Notes under the pieces: model-generated
Told to the model about the DNA's origin: nothing
The model's input: the letters and a program-made list of their open reading frames with translations, nothing else
The model's database searches: none
Translations under genes and position numbers: made by a program
Assembly: GCA_963663035.1 (NCBI GenBank)
Contig: OY760074.1
Span: 2,176,001-2,240,000 of the forward strand
Length of the DNA: 64,000 nucleotides
Origin: Acidobacteriota bacterium
GTDB lineage: Bacteria; Acidobacteriota; UBA6911; RPQK01; JADFOI01
Direction: 5' to 3'
In this document: piece by piece, positions 1-10,543 of the stretch
Layout: each line of letters starts with the position of its first letter
Position numbering within the stretch: the first letter of the stretch is position 1

Positions 1-397
1 AAAACGACTAGGTGCGAATCTGGCGATTATCGACAAACGACGAGTGGGCGACAACGAAGCAGAAGTCCTGCACATCGTTGGAGAGGTGAAGGGTAGAAAT
101 GTGATCATTATAGATGACATGCTCGACACCGCTGGAACCTTGGTTAAGGCTACAGAGGCGCTTCTCCGCGAAGGTGCTATCAAAGTGTTCGCAGCCGCGA
201 CTCATCCAGTGTTGTCGGGTCCGGCTGTCCAACGAATCTCAGAGTCGAAAATCGAAAGTGTTCTGGTGACAAACACCATCGACCTGAGCGATGAGAAAAA
301 AGGACCGAAAATTAAGATCTTGAGCGTGGCCGACCTTTTAGGTGACGCCATTAAGTCAATTCATGAGGAGACCTCTGTGAGCAAGCTTTTCATCTAA
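1..397 (+). CDS. prs: ribose-phosphate pyrophosphokinase (5' truncated by window)
   Basis: Frame open from position 2 (KRLGANLAIIDKRR...); PRPP-binding motif IIIDDMLDTAGT; ATHPVLSG; C-terminal SVSKLF; prs-rplY-pth synteny. Confidence 0.96.
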   Translation, partial: KRLGANLAIIDKRRVGDNEAEVLHIVGEVKGRNVIIIDDMLDTAGTLVKATEALLREGAIKVFAAATHPVLSGPAVQRISESKIESVLVTNTIDLSDEKKGPKIKILSVADLLGDAIKSIHEETSVSKLFI

Positions 398-530
398 CCC
401 AAAGTCGGTGCTCACTCCCATCTCCTTTAAAAACCCAACCTGGAAAAGTTGGTTCACCTGTCCGAGTTGTGAAAGCTCAGGGCAAAGCGTTACAATACGG
501 CTTTTTAATTTCCTTCGGAGGCACTAGGTT

Positions 531-1220
531 ATGGCGCAGTTAACTGTTCAAGCAGAGGAGCGGCAGGAAACTGGAAAAGGTGCAAACCGCCGCCTGCGGA
601 TGCAAGGCAAACTCCCGGCAGTGATTTATGGCCAGGGACTGGAAACTCTGTCGGTTAGCGTTAACGCCCAAGACGTGGAACTTATCCTTCACTCAGAAGC
701 AGGACATAACACCATCTTTCAGCTCCAGGTCAGTGGCAAGCTCACAGATGTCCTGATCAAGGACTACCAGTTGGACCCAGTGAAAGGGAGTCTTTTGCAT
801 GCTGATTTCCAGGCCGTGGCTCTGGACCAGAAAATGACCTTCGCAGTTCCGGTCCAGATCGTCGGTACGGCCGAGGGGGTGATAGCTGGAGGCGTGTTGG
901 ATCAAGTCCTCCGGGAGATCGAAGTAGAGTGTCTTCCCACAGAGGTGCCCGATCACATTCCTTTGGATGTGACAGAGCTGGAGATCGGGGATTCTGTTCG
1001 GGTGGAAGCGCTGCAACTTGACAGTCCCAAGCTCACCCTGCTCTCTGCTCCGGATCTGGTCATTCTCTCAGTTGTACCGCCTCATGTTGAGGAGGTAGTT
1101 GAAGAGATTGTCGAGGAAGAAGAGCTGGAAGAGCCTGAACTGATCAAGAAGGGCAAGGCCGAAGAGGAGGAGAAAGAAGAAAAAGAGGGAACAGAGCAGG
1201 CAGAGAAGAAAGAGGAGTAA
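531..1220 (+). CDS. rplY: 50S ribosomal protein L25/Ctc with acidic tail
   Basis: GKGANRRLR..PAVIYG, HADFQ, GVIAGG, EVECLP motifs; GGAGG SD. Confidence 0.96.
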   Translation: MAQLTVQAEERQETGKGANRRLRMQGKLPAVIYGQGLETLSVSVNAQDVELILHSEAGHNTIFQLQVSGKLTDVLIKDYQLDPVKGSLLHADFQAVALDQKMTFAVPVQIVGTAEGVIAGGVLDQVLREIEVECLPTEVPDHIPLDVTELEIGDSVRVEALQLDSPKLTLLSAPDLVILSVVPPHVEEVVEEIVEEEELEEPELIKKGKAEEEEKEEKEGTEQAEKKEE

Positions 1221-1227
1221 CTCTCGC

Positions 1228-1785
1228 GTGTATCTGATCACCGGCTTGGGAAATCCGGGTCGCTCCTATTCGAAGAACAGGCACAACATAGGATTCATGC
1301 TGGTGGATTGGATGGCTGCAGAAGCAGACAAGAAGTTTGAGCAACTCGGCCGATATTCGCTGACCTGTTCTGTCGAGCGGGCCGGGGAAAATGTGATCTT
1401 GGCCAAGCCTCAAACTTATATGAATCTCAGTGGCGCGGCTGTGCATGAACTTCTGGAGTACTACCCCGTGGAGCTTCCAAGATTGCTCATCGTCTATGAC
1501 GACCTGGCACTGCCCCTGGGAACTATCCGGATTCGCCGATCAGGCAGCTCCAGCGGTCAAAAAGGTATGAAGTCGATCATCGAGACTTTGGGAACACCAG
1601 ACGTGCCTCGCCTGCGCATTGGTATCTTGCGCGATGAGCCTCCATCTGATTTTTCTCAGTTTGTTTTGGAAAACTTTTCTAAGAAAGAACGGACAGTTCT
1701 CGAAGAAACCTTGGATTGTGCCATGGGGGCAATCGACACCATCTTGTCCGATGGAATAGAGCAAGCCATGTCTCTATACAATTAG
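1228..1785 (+). CDS. pth: peptidyl-tRNA hydrolase
   Basis: GLGNPG..RHNIGF, KPQTYMNLSG, YDDL, RLRIGI. Confidence 0.96.
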   Translation: MYLITGLGNPGRSYSKNRHNIGFMLVDWMAAEADKKFEQLGRYSLTCSVERAGENVILAKPQTYMNLSGAAVHELLEYYPVELPRLLIVYDDLALPLGTIRIRRSGSSSGQKGMKSIIETLGTPDVPRLRIGILRDEPPSDFSQFVLENFSKKERTVLEETLDCAMGAIDTILSDGIEQAMSLYN

Positions 1786-1821
1786 CAGAAATAAACAAGA
1801 GAGGCTGAAACTGAACACGGC

Positions 1822-3819
1822 ATGACGACTTACATCAACTTTTTTCCCGCAGTGGGGCTCCTGGGACTGATCTCGGCTGCTTTTCTCTACTTCCAAATTA
1901 AGAAGATTGCGGTCACGGATCCCCAAATGCAGGAGATCTCCGACGCCATCCATCAGGGTGCAATGCTTTTCCTGCGCCGTGAATATTCCATCTTGCTTGG
2001 GTTTATCCTGGTGGTTTTCCTGCTTCTGCACTGGGGAATTTCTCCTTGGACAAGCTACACCTTTCTGGGCGGCGCCTTGAGTTCAATGCTGGCCGGGTTC
2101 TTTGGAATGAAGGCGGCTACTCGCTCCAATGTTCGCACAACTCAGGCTGCCCAGGAATCGGGGATCGAGCTGGCCCTACACGTGGCCTTTACGGGAGGCT
2201 CCGTAATGGGACTTTCCGTTGCCAGCCTGGGTCTCATTGGAGTCAGCAGTGCCTATCTCCTGTACTATCACGGCATCCTCGAGGTAAGCACCATCAGCGG
2301 TTTCGCGATGGGGGCCAGCTCGATTGCTCTGTTTGCGCGGGTGGGTGGCGGCATCTTTACCAAAACTGCCGACATGGGGGCTGACCTGGTGGGGAAAGTC
2401 GAGGTAGGTATTCCAGAGGATGATCCCAGAAATCCAGCCGTTATCGCTGACATGGTGGGGGACAACGTCGGAGATACGGCCGGAATGGGAGCCGATATCC
2501 TGGAAAGCTATGTCGGCTCGGTGGTTGCAACCATCGCAATCGCCGCTACGGGCACATCGAGAGTTCTGGACATCACGCCGGAGACTCGACATCTATACAT
2601 GGTTCTACCGCTCTCCGTCATTTCGATAGGGTTGATCTCTTCCTTGATCGGTGTGGCCTCCATCAGAGTTCTGAGAAGAATGGGCCCGGCCTCGGCGCTC
2701 CGCTATTCGACCTATGTCAGTGCGATCCTACTACTGGTTGGGAGCTTCCTTACCATCAATGCTATGGAGCTTGAGATCGGCATCTTTTATGCCATTTTAA
2801 TGGGCACCATTGCCGGTATAGTTATCGGTCTATTGACCGAATGGTACACCTCTGGAAGTCCCATCAGACGCATTGCCGAAGCATCCAGGATGGGAGTAGC
2901 AACCAACATCCTTGCCGGATTGGCGGTTGGAATGCAGTCTACGGCCTTACCAGTTCTCACCTTGTGCAGCACCATTCTCATTTCTTACAACTACGCAGGT
3001 CTTTACGGTATAGGCATTGCCGCTGTCGGGATGCTGGCAACAGTGGGCATCACCATGTCAGTGGATGCCTATGGCCCAATTGCCGACAACGCGGGTGGAA
3101 TCTCCGAGGTGAGGGGCCTGGGAGCTGAGACTCGCAGTATCACAGACAGCCTGGACGCTTTGGGAAATACCACAGCCGCTATGGGTAAAGGCTTTGCCAT
3201 CGGATCTGCTGCCCTGACCGCTCTGGCACTCTTTGCTGCCTATACCAGCGCAGTGGGATTATCTGTCCTGAACTTACTGGACCCCACGGTGGTGGTAGGC
3301 TTGTTCATCGGAGGCGTCCTGCCTTTCTTTATCGCTGACCTGACAACTTCGTCAGTCGGAAGAGCAGCCTTCAAAATGGTGGAAGAAGTGCGTCGGCAGT
3401 TCCGTGAGGTGCCGGGATTGCTAGAGGGTACGGCTCAACCCGACACCGCCCGCTGCGTGGACATCTCTACTCGCGCCGCTCTACGAGAAATGGTGCTGCC
3501 GGGTCTGGTCGCTTTGGCCTCCCCTGTGATCATTGGAACTCAGCTTGGCGCAGCAGCTCTGGGCGGAATGCTGGCTGGAGCGACTCTTACCGGTGTCTTG
3601 CTGGCACTGTTTATGGCCAACGCTGGTGGGGCTTGGGATAATGCCAAGAAATATATTGAAGAGGGTTTTATCGGCGGAAAAGGCTCCGATGCACATAAGG
3701 CCTCGATTGTGGGTGACACCGTCGGTGATCCGTTTAAGGACACCAGCGGACCGGCCATGAACATTTTGATCAAGTTGATGTCCATCGTCTCTCTAGTGAT
3801 TGCCCCCTTGCTCAGATGA
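1822..3819 (+). CDS. hppA: membrane-integral pyrophosphatase, K+-dependent, probably Na+-translocating
   Basis: [63 protein letters not shown] motifs. Confidence 0.95.
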   Translation: MTTYINFFPAVGLLGLISAAFLYFQIKKIAVTDPQMQEISDAIHQGAMLFLRREYSILLGFILVVFLLLHWGISPWTSYTFLGGALSSMLAGFFGMKAATRSNVRTTQAAQESGIELALHVAFTGGSVMGLSVASLGLIGVSSAYLLYYHGILEVSTISGFAMGASSIALFARVGGGIFTKTADMGADLVGKVEVGIPEDDPRNPAVIADMVGDNVGDTAGMGADILESYVGSVVATIAIAATGTSRVLDITPETRHLYMVLPLSVISIGLISSLIGVASIRVLRRMGPASALRYSTYVSAILLLVGSFLTINAMELEIGIFYAILMGTIAGIVIGLLTEWYTSGSPIRRIAEASRMGVATNILAGLAVGMQSTALPVLTLCSTILISYNYAGLYGIGIAAVGMLATVGITMSVDAYGPIADNAGGISEVRGLGAETRSITDSLDALGNTTAAMGKGFAIGSAALTALALFAAYTSAVGLSVLNLLDPTVVVGLFIGGVLPFFIADLTTSSVGRAAFKMVEEVRRQFREVPGLLEGTAQPDTARCVDISTRAALREMVLPGLVALASPVIIGTQLGAAALGGMLAGATLTGVLLALFMANAGGAWDNAKKYIEEGFIGGKGSDAHKASIVGDTVGDPFKDTSGPAMNILIKLMSIVSLVIAPLLR

Positions 3820-3857
3820 TGATCGCATGAGAGAACTCGATGGAAAGAGACAGGGTG

Positions 3858-3866
3858 TGCTAGAAT
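3858..3866 (+). promoter_or_regulatory. extended -10 promoter (TGcTAGAAT) of the rpsF operon
   Basis: TGnTAGAAT about 65 nt upstream of the rpsF start. Confidence 0.5.
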
Positions 3867-3879
3867 GCATTTTTTTCGA

Positions 3880-3913
3880 ACCAGCAGGCTCGGTATTTCC
3901 GCCGTTAGCTGGT
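3880..3913 (+). promoter_or_regulatory. possible S6:S18 autoregulatory leader hairpin
   Basis: ACCAGC...GCTGGT stem enclosing CCG motifs in the rpsF 5' UTR; not checked against a covariance model. Confidence 0.3.
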
Positions 3914-3932
3914 AAAGTAGGAATCCAGAAGA

Positions 3933-4322
3933 ATGAGAAAATATGAAGTCGTGATTATTTTTGCTCCCACGCTGACCGACGATGAGGTGGAGCAATCTAC
4001 GGAAGACTTTAAAAAGGCCGCAGAAGAAAAGGGAGCCCAAATTTCCGCCTTGGATCAGTGGGGAAAGAGAAAGCTGGCATACCCGATTAATAAACACGCT
4101 GAAGGGATTTACGTCATTTTGACAATAGAAGAACCTGCAGCTGTCGCGGTGGGTGAGCTGGAGAGAAGATTTAGGGTGAGTGAATCGGTTATCCGCTTCC
4201 TAACGGTGCGCATCGATCTTGATCTGAAACGAGCTGAGAAGTTCAAGGTACGCCGAAGCAAAAAGAAGCGACAGACCGCGCCATCCGATGGGACTGCCGG
4301 TAAGGAAACAGCGACGGTATAG
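3933..4322 (+). CDS. rpsF: 30S ribosomal protein S6
   Basis: MRKYEVVII, WGKRKLAYPI, VIRFL. Confidence 0.96.
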   Translation: MRKYEVVIIFAPTLTDDEVEQSTEDFKKAAEEKGAQISALDQWGKRKLAYPINKHAEGIYVILTIEEPAAVAVGELERRFRVSESVIRFLTVRIDLDLKRAEKFKVRRSKKKRQTAPSDGTAGKETATV

Positions 4323-4325
4323 GCT

Positions 4326-4538
4326 ATGATGAGGCGAAGGCGGTACTGTAAGTTCTGTACAGACAAGGTCGATTACATCGACTACAAAGATACCAGGCTA
4401 CTGAGTCCATTTGTACCCGACGGTTCGAAGATGCTCCCCAGCCGAATTTCCGGAGTTTGCAGTATCCATCAGAGAAAGTTGTCAAAGGCTATTAAGCGAG
4501 CACGACAGCTGGCCTTGCTTCCCTATACTCCTGGGTAA
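4326..4538 (+). CDS. rpsR: 30S ribosomal protein S18 (Zn-binding C+ form)
   Basis: [34 protein letters not shown]. Confidence 0.96.
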   Translation: MMRRRRYCKFCTDKVDYIDYKDTRLLSPFVPDGSKMLPSRISGVCSIHQRKLSKAIKRARQLALLPYTPG

Positions 4539-4648
4539 GTGCCTTGTTCAGTCATTCACCCGATCCAGGCTGTGTACTCTTTCGCTCGGGCTAGAGAGTC
4601 CCATGGGCAAAGGACTCACCCCTGGGAAGAAATGAGAGGAAAAGTGTT

Positions 4649-5338
4649 ATGGAAATCATTCTGATCGACGACGTCTTTGAGCTGGGCAAACGTGGCGACG
4701 TTGTGAGAGTGGCCAATGGCTATGGTCGAAACTATTTGATTCCGAAGAACTTGGCCGTTCCTGCTACACCCGGTAACAGAAAGATGGTTGATCAGCAACG
4801 GTTGGCCATGGCAAAAAAAGAGGCCAAGTATCAGGAGGAAGCCGAGCTGTTAGCACAAGAACTTAACCAATTACACCTGATCATCAGCCGCAAGTCAGGC
4901 GATACTGGGACTCTCTTTGGATCTGTGACCTCAAAGGACATCACCGATCTTCTCCAACACACTGGCATACGTTTGGATCGTCGAAAGCTTCTTTTGAGTC
5001 AACCCATCAAAAGCATCGGCAACTACAGGATCGAAGTCCGTCTTCACAGCGAGGTTACGGCCGAACTTCTTCTTTCTATTCCGATCGAAGGTGAGAAACC
5101 GATCAGCGAGGTCAAGAAGAAGAACGAGGAAAGCGATAAGGTCGTTGCGGAATTGGAAGCGCGACTCAAAGAAATGGGGCAACTGACGCAAGGACAGAGT
5201 AGCGCTTCGCCGCAACCGGAAGACACGCCTAGCGAAGAACGAGAAGGCCAGGCAGAAAAAGAAGAAGAAGAGAAGCAAGCAACCAAAGGGGAAGAAGAAG
5301 AGGCAGAAGAAGAAGAACCCACCAATGAGGAGTCTTAG
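4649..5338 (+). CDS. rplI: 50S ribosomal protein L9 with long acidic C-terminal extension
   Basis: LGKRGDVVRVANGYGRNYLIP, LFGSVT, IKSIG. Confidence 0.95.
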   Translation: MEIILIDDVFELGKRGDVVRVANGYGRNYLIPKNLAVPATPGNRKMVDQQRLAMAKKEAKYQEEAELLAQELNQLHLIISRKSGDTGTLFGSVTSKDITDLLQHTGIRLDRRKLLLSQPIKSIGNYRIEVRLHSEVTAELLLSIPIEGEKPISEVKKKNEESDKVVAELEARLKEMGQLTQGQSSASPQPEDTPSEEREGQAEKEEEEKQATKGEEEEAEEEEPTNEES

Positions 5339-5491
5339 TACGCAGGCGGCTCCAGTAGTAGGAGATTTCCACAGCCCACCTTCATTGCCCCTTTTTTGAC
5401 TAGGAAAGGACTTCAGGGACTGTTCCCGAATTCCTTTTTACTGTATTCTTCTCTATGAGATCGTTGCTCTTTCTTGCTTTCCGAAGTGTCT

Positions 5492-6856
5492 ATGCCAACC
5501 GACCTAACCATTGAAAAGAGTCTTCCTCACAGCCCCGAGGCGGAACGTGCCGTGCTGGGGGCAATTCTGCTCGAGAATAGCCTCTTTGACCAGACCTCGG
5601 AGATGTTGACGAGAGAGGATTTCTACCTGGAAAATCATCGGAACATTTTCTCTACTATGGAGCGTCTTTCTTCTGATACTCGAACCATCGACTTAGTGAC
5701 ACTGCGAGAGGAGCTGCAGAAACAGAACGAATTGGAAGCAGTCGGTGGAGTTGCTTATGTCGCCGCACTGCTGGACGGTGTTCCCAGAGTCTCCAGCGTG
5801 ATGCACTATGCCCGCATCGTCAAAGAAAAGTCCCTCCTGAGGAAGCTCATCCACTCGGCGAATGAAATCCTCGTTCGAGGATTTTCAAACGAGGAGGACC
5901 CTTTCGAGCTGCTTGAACGAGCAGAGAAATCGATTTTCAATATCAGCCAGGAGAAAATTCAAGGCGGTTTTGTACAACTTGAGGATCTACTCACTGAGAG
6001 CTACGCGAACATCGAGTCACTGTACGAGCGAAAAGAGCTCATCTCGGGTGTCCCAACTGGCTTTCAGCAGTTGGACCGTCTCACCTCGGGGCTGAGGCCT
6101 GCCGAAGTCATCATCGTGGCGGCCCGTCCAGGCTTGGGAAAGACGAGTTTAGTTGTGAATATTGCCCAGACTGCCGCGAGTGAACACCAGAAGGTGGTGG
6201 GTATATTCAGCCTGGAAATGGCGTCTCAGCAGCTCGTAACCCGGATGTTGTGTTCCGAAGCTCGAGTCGACAGTCACAAGATGAGAAGTGGCTACCTTTC
6301 CAAAGATGATTGGAAGCGCCTCGCCAAGACCATGAGTAAACTGGCTCGAGCGAAGATCTTCATCGATGATACTGCGGGAATATCGGTTGTCGAAATGCGC
6401 TCCAAGGCCCGCCGTTTGAAAGCTGAACACGGATTGGACCTGTTGATTGTCGATTATCTTCAGCTTATGTCTGGCACCTCACCCAACAGCCGGGGGCGTT
6501 TTGAGAACCGCCAGCAAGAGATCTCCAATATCAGCCGATCACTCAAGGGCCTGGCCAAGGAACTCAATATTCCCCTTATCGCGGTATCTCAGTTAAGCCG
6601 TGCCCCCGAACAAAGAAAGGGCGATCATCGCCCCCAGCTTTCAGACTTGCGCGAATCAGGATCGATCGAACAAGACGCGGACCTGGTGCTCTTCCTCTAC
6701 CGCGAAGATTTATATAAGAAAGAGGAGAATCCGGATGAAGAAGGAATTGTCCAGGTTATCATCGGAAAACAACGTAACGGACCTACTGGAGTGGTTAAGC
6801 TGGCCTTCATTGAGCAGTGGACCAAGTTTGAAAATCTGGCTCACGAATTAGAATGA
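5492..6856 (+). CDS. dnaB: replicative DNA helicase
   Basis: PHSPEAERAVLG, ARPGLGKT, FSLEM, IVDYLQL, SQLSR, SDLRESGSIEQDAD, KQRNGPTG; no intein; ATG 5492 preferred. Confidence 0.97.
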   Translation: MPTDLTIEKSLPHSPEAERAVLGAILLENSLFDQTSEMLTREDFYLENHRNIFSTMERLSSDTRTIDLVTLREELQKQNELEAVGGVAYVAALLDGVPRVSSVMHYARIVKEKSLLRKLIHSANEILVRGFSNEEDPFELLERAEKSIFNISQEKIQGGFVQLEDLLTESYANIESLYERKELISGVPTGFQQLDRLTSGLRPAEVIIVAARPGLGKTSLVVNIAQTAASEHQKVVGIFSLEMASQQLVTRMLCSEARVDSHKMRSGYLSKDDWKRLAKTMSKLARAKIFIDDTAGISVVEMRSKARRLKAEHGLDLLIVDYLQLMSGTSPNSRGRFENRQQEISNISRSLKGLAKELNIPLIAVSQLSRAPEQRKGDHRPQLSDLRESGSIEQDADLVLFLYREDLYKKEENPDEEGIVQVIIGKQRNGPTGVVKLAFIEQWTKFENLAHELE

Positions 6857-7887
6857 AACATTCTTGGGTTGAGGTATCCCGATCCCGACTCCAGGAAAAC
6901 GTCGCGGCAATTCGAAACCACCTTTCGCCCTCAACCCGCATCATCGCTGTTGTCAAAGCTAATGCCTATGGCCATGGAGTCCAAGAGGTTTCCAGATGTC
7001 TGGTCGATCTCGGAATTGGCGACTTCACTGTGGCTACCCTGGAAGAGGCTGTCGAACTCAGAAAATATGTTCCAAGTGGAGAAATTCTGGTGTTAGACGG
7101 TTGCCTCAAAGGAGAGGAAAAGACTTTTCTCAAACATGATTTGACAGCTTCACTGTTCGACCGCAGAACCCTTCCAGATGACATGAAGGTTGAGGTCAAA
7201 ATCGATACCGGGATGACTCGCCTGGGCATACCTTGGAAAGAAGCCAGGGCCCTGGTAGCTGGCTTAACCTCACAAGTACGGGGATTGTTCTCACATTTTG
7301 CCTGCTCAGAACAGGATCCAGATTTCACCCGACTACAACTGGAACGCTTTCAAGAAGCTACTTCTGGCCTTCCTTACCCGCGGCATATCAGCAACAGCGC
7401 CGGCCTCCAGTTTCCAGAAGCTCAGCTGGACGCGGTTCGCCTCGGTTTGTTGCTTTACGGCATCTCTCTCTGCCCATCCCTTGACTTTGTCAGCCCCATA
7501 CTTCGCTGGAAAACTCGCACCCTCACCATCCAACACGTTCCTCAAGGGCAATCCATCGGCTACTGTGGCACATTCACCACCCAGCGGGATAGTCTGGTGG
7601 GTGTCCTGCCGGTTGGATACGCCGACGGTTACAACCGGCTCCTGTCCAACCGAGGTCAGGTTCGGATTCGAGGTCAGCTTGTCCCAGTCTTGGGTCGGGT
7701 GAGTATGGACCTGATCAGCGTCGATTTGACCGACATCTCCGACCCGGCAGCCGGAGAAGAGGTCGTGCTGCTGGAGGATTCTCCTGATTCCCCTATTGCT
7801 GCCACCGCATGGGCCAAGACCCTGGGAACCAATCCCTATGAGGTACTCACTTCCATCGGAAGTCGGGTCGAGAGAGTCCGAAGCTAG
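6853..7887 (+). CDS. alr: alanine racemase
   Basis: AVVKANAYGHG, KIDTGMTRLG, SHFA, GYADG, GRVSMD. Confidence 0.95.
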   Translation: MKHSWVEVSRSRLQENVAAIRNHLSPSTRIIAVVKANAYGHGVQEVSRCLVDLGIGDFTVATLEEAVELRKYVPSGEILVLDGCLKGEEKTFLKHDLTASLFDRRTLPDDMKVEVKIDTGMTRLGIPWKEARALVAGLTSQVRGLFSHFACSEQDPDFTRLQLERFQEATSGLPYPRHISNSAGLQFPEAQLDAVRLGLLLYGISLCPSLDFVSPILRWKTRTLTIQHVPQGQSIGYCGTFTTQRDSLVGVLPVGYADGYNRLLSNRGQVRIRGQLVPVLGRVSMDLISVDLTDISDPAAGEEVVLLEDSPDSPIAATAWAKTLGTNPYEVLTSIGSRVERVRS

Positions 7888-7899
7888 TGATCAGCTGGT

Positions 7900-9140
7900 T
7901 CAAAAAGGGATGTAGTTTTGGCTCTGCGGATTCCAGCGCAGTCTCAGACAACTCAGGCAGGACTCCACCGGTTGGTTGACCAAAACCATCTCCGGCTCCC
8001 ATCCCGGTACTACTCTGGTCGAGAACTTTGCAATCCCGGGGTTCTGAGGAAAGTTCACGATCAACAGGGGGGCCGGTGAAGGTTCTAACCATTGTTCCAC
8101 GAGCTGGGTGGTGGAAGCCGCCCGCTCTTCAAACTGTGCATCCTTTACAAACCAGATATAGCCAATGTTAATTGCTACGAATGCCGCCACAAAGATCTTG
8201 CGAATCCTGGCAGAATCGATTTCTCTCAGCATCACGGCCAGAACGGAGACCAGGCCCATTGATGCCAGATACATATTGCGACTGGGGACCTGAGCCTGGT
8301 AAGTGAGAAAAATATAAGGAAGCAGCGCTACCAGGATCCATCCAACCCCGGCCCGGACCTTTAGGAGAGGACGCCACCCTATTCGCCAGAGCACCACAAC
8401 CAGCAGCAGGTATAACCAGGGGAAAGCGAGTTTGTGCAGACTATTTGCCCATACCCACAGGGCATGAGGCCCAAAGGCATAGAACTCATGAATAATCAGA
8501 CTGTTAGTGGAGCTCGTATAGAGGAAGATCCCCGCAAAAAAAAAGGTGGCAACCAAGAAGTAAAGGTGCTCCCGCCGGACTACAAATCTTTCTTCTTTCC
8601 AGAACTCAACCAGAAGCAGGAGAACTAGAATGACTGGTGCAGACTCCTTGGAGAACAGAGCAAGAGTGTAAAAGGCAAAGGCTCACAAAATATCGCCCCT
8701 TAAGCCACAGCAGTAGCGCCACCAGCGCACAAAGACCCACCAGGGCTTCGTCTCATACCCACCAGCCACCATCACACCGCCTCCATGGGATTCTGGACTG
8801 TAACAAAGAGCACAGCCGCAAGAAGGCCCTTTCCTGCTCTTCCAGTGATCAGGGAAATCAACTTCCACAGAAGTAAAGCATTGACAACATGCACAAGAAT
8901 CGTGAAAACGTAAAAAAACTCCGAGCGATACCCGAAAATCCCCTTCAACAACCGAAAGGCCACATAACTGGTCAGGCGAAAGTTCTCTGGCGGAATCTCG
9001 AACAAGAAAGCGAAAGTCAGTCCCCCCGTGTTCACTCTCTCTAATATGACGTAGTCGTCAGAAATGAAATTATTATTCAAGGCCGGCCAATAGGCGGTGA
9101 AGCCCAGCCCTGCCAAAAGTAAAACAACTTTCCAGTTCAT
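7900..9140 (-). pseudogene. GT-C fold membrane glycosyltransferase-like gene interrupted by clustered frameshifts (or sequencing errors)
   Basis: N-part has FISDDY and EAV; C-part has ALFSKESA and SRNMYLAS; the coding signal switches frame several times within 8680-8775. Confidence 0.7.
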
Positions 9141-9365
9141 AGAGAACTCAGAGAGCAGCCTTCGCCCTTTGCCTCCCCTTTCCTGAAGCCACCACCATCC
9201 GATTCCGGTTGAAATGACATTTCGGAGCAAACGCGCTACAATCGATCTGTCAATAACTTAGCAGAAAACCAAAAGGCAGCACAGGTTTAGACTTTTGTTG
9301 CCCCTTTGATTGCCGAAAGATGATCTTCGGGAAGGTTCAGTCTTCTGGAGAGGTTCCCCACACCG

Positions 9366-10037
9366 GTGAGTACGAGCAAGAGCAGTGACACTTCCTTGAT
9401 TGGTCTTGTTCTGGCAGCCGCGGGTAGCGGGTCTCGATTCGGGTCCGACACTCCTAAACAATTTCGACAGCTCGACGGGCTTCCTCTCTACCTGCATGCC
9501 TTGGAGCGATTTTCTATCTTCTTCGAGGTGGCTGTGGTCGTACTTCCCGGCGGTTGGGAGGAAAAAGTGGAAAGTCAGGTCCAGTCTTTGTCCTACCGGG
9601 AGAAACTGATCCTACAGGTTGGTGGCCCCCAGCGCCAGGACTCCGTTTTTCAAGGCCTCAGCCGACTCCCAGATAGCACGGACATCGTGTTGATACACGA
9701 CGCCGCACGTCCTTTCACTTCTTCTGAGCTCATTTCCAGGGTGATTGAAACGACCCGCCTTCATCAAGCCTGCGTGCCCGTGCTTCCTGTGAGGGACACC
9801 CTTAAGGAGGTTCGCGGTGGACGTATTGTCCGCACACTCGACCGTGAAAGCCTGAGCCTCGTTCAAACTCCTCAGGGTTTTGAGAGCAATCTCTTGAAAA
9901 GGGCTTTTAATCAGGCCCGCAAAGACGGCTTTTACGGAACCGATGAGTCGACACTGGTAGAACGGTTGGGTTCACCTGTCCACGTTGTAGCTGGAGAGAG
10001 GTCCAATCTCAAAGTCACCTGGAAGGAGGACTTGTGA
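9366..10037 (+). CDS. ispD: 2-C-methyl-D-erythritol 4-phosphate cytidylyltransferase
   Basis: AAAGSGSRFG..PKQF, GGPQRQDSV, IHDAARP, QTPQGF, TDE, NLKVT. Confidence 0.95.
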   Translation: MSTSKSSDTSLIGLVLAAAGSGSRFGSDTPKQFRQLDGLPLYLHALERFSIFFEVAVVVLPGGWEEKVESQVQSLSYREKLILQVGGPQRQDSVFQGLSRLPDSTDIVLIHDAARPFTSSELISRVIETTRLHQACVPVLPVRDTLKEVRGGRIVRTLDRESLSLVQTPQGFESNLLKRAFNQARKDGFYGTDESTLVERLGSPVHVVAGERSNLKVTWKEDL

Positions 10038-10537
10038 GCTCGGTGATGAAACCAGGCATGAGGGTGGGTACAGGCTACGACTTTCACGCCTTTGAAGAGG
10101 GTGGGAGACTCGTCCTGGGAGGTGTGGAAATCCCTCATGATAGAGGCTTGAAGGGCCACTCCGATGCTGATGCTGTCCTGCACGCGATCATGGATGCCCT
10201 ACTGGGAGCAGCCGGACTCAAGGACATCGGCAGTTATTTCCCCAATACCGATCCTCAATACCGAAAGATCTCCAGTCTTCTGCTTTTAGAGAAGGTTTAC
10301 CGGCTGATTCGAGGAAAAGGTTTTTCAGTGGGGAACATCGACTTAACGGTGATCACCGAGGAGCCCAGGATTCAGCCTCATATCGAAGCCATGAAAGCCA
10401 ATTTGGCTCGAATTCTGCATCTCAAGGCCGACGAGATCGGAATCAAGGCCACCACAATGGAGGGAAAAGGAACGATTGGCCAGGGAGAGGGTCTGGCTGT
10501 CCAAGCCATTGCGCTGCTGATTCAGGAAGGGAAATAG
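10034..10537 (+). CDS. ispF: 2-C-methyl-D-erythritol 2,4-cyclodiphosphate synthase
   Basis: RVGTGYDFH, GHSDADAVLHAIMDALLGA, DIG, IKATT; start may be a few codons later. Confidence 0.95.
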   Translation: MSSVMKPGMRVGTGYDFHAFEEGGRLVLGGVEIPHDRGLKGHSDADAVLHAIMDALLGAAGLKDIGSYFPNTDPQYRKISSLLLLEKVYRLIRGKGFSVGNIDLTVITEEPRIQPHIEAMKANLARILHLKADEIGIKATTMEGKGTIGQGEGLAVQAIALLIQEGK

Positions 10538-10543
10538 GATAGC

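Noticed and set aside
5366-5375. DnaA box upstream of dnaB
   Set aside because: Single degenerate match with no cluster
8536-8544. A9 tract as the cause of the gene break
   Set aside because: The frame is open on both sides of the tract (encodes FFF); the breaks lie at 8680-8775
8772-8774. Selenocysteine or TGA read-through
   Set aside because: Read-through in that frame gives non-homologous peptide and hits TAA; frameshifts are needed
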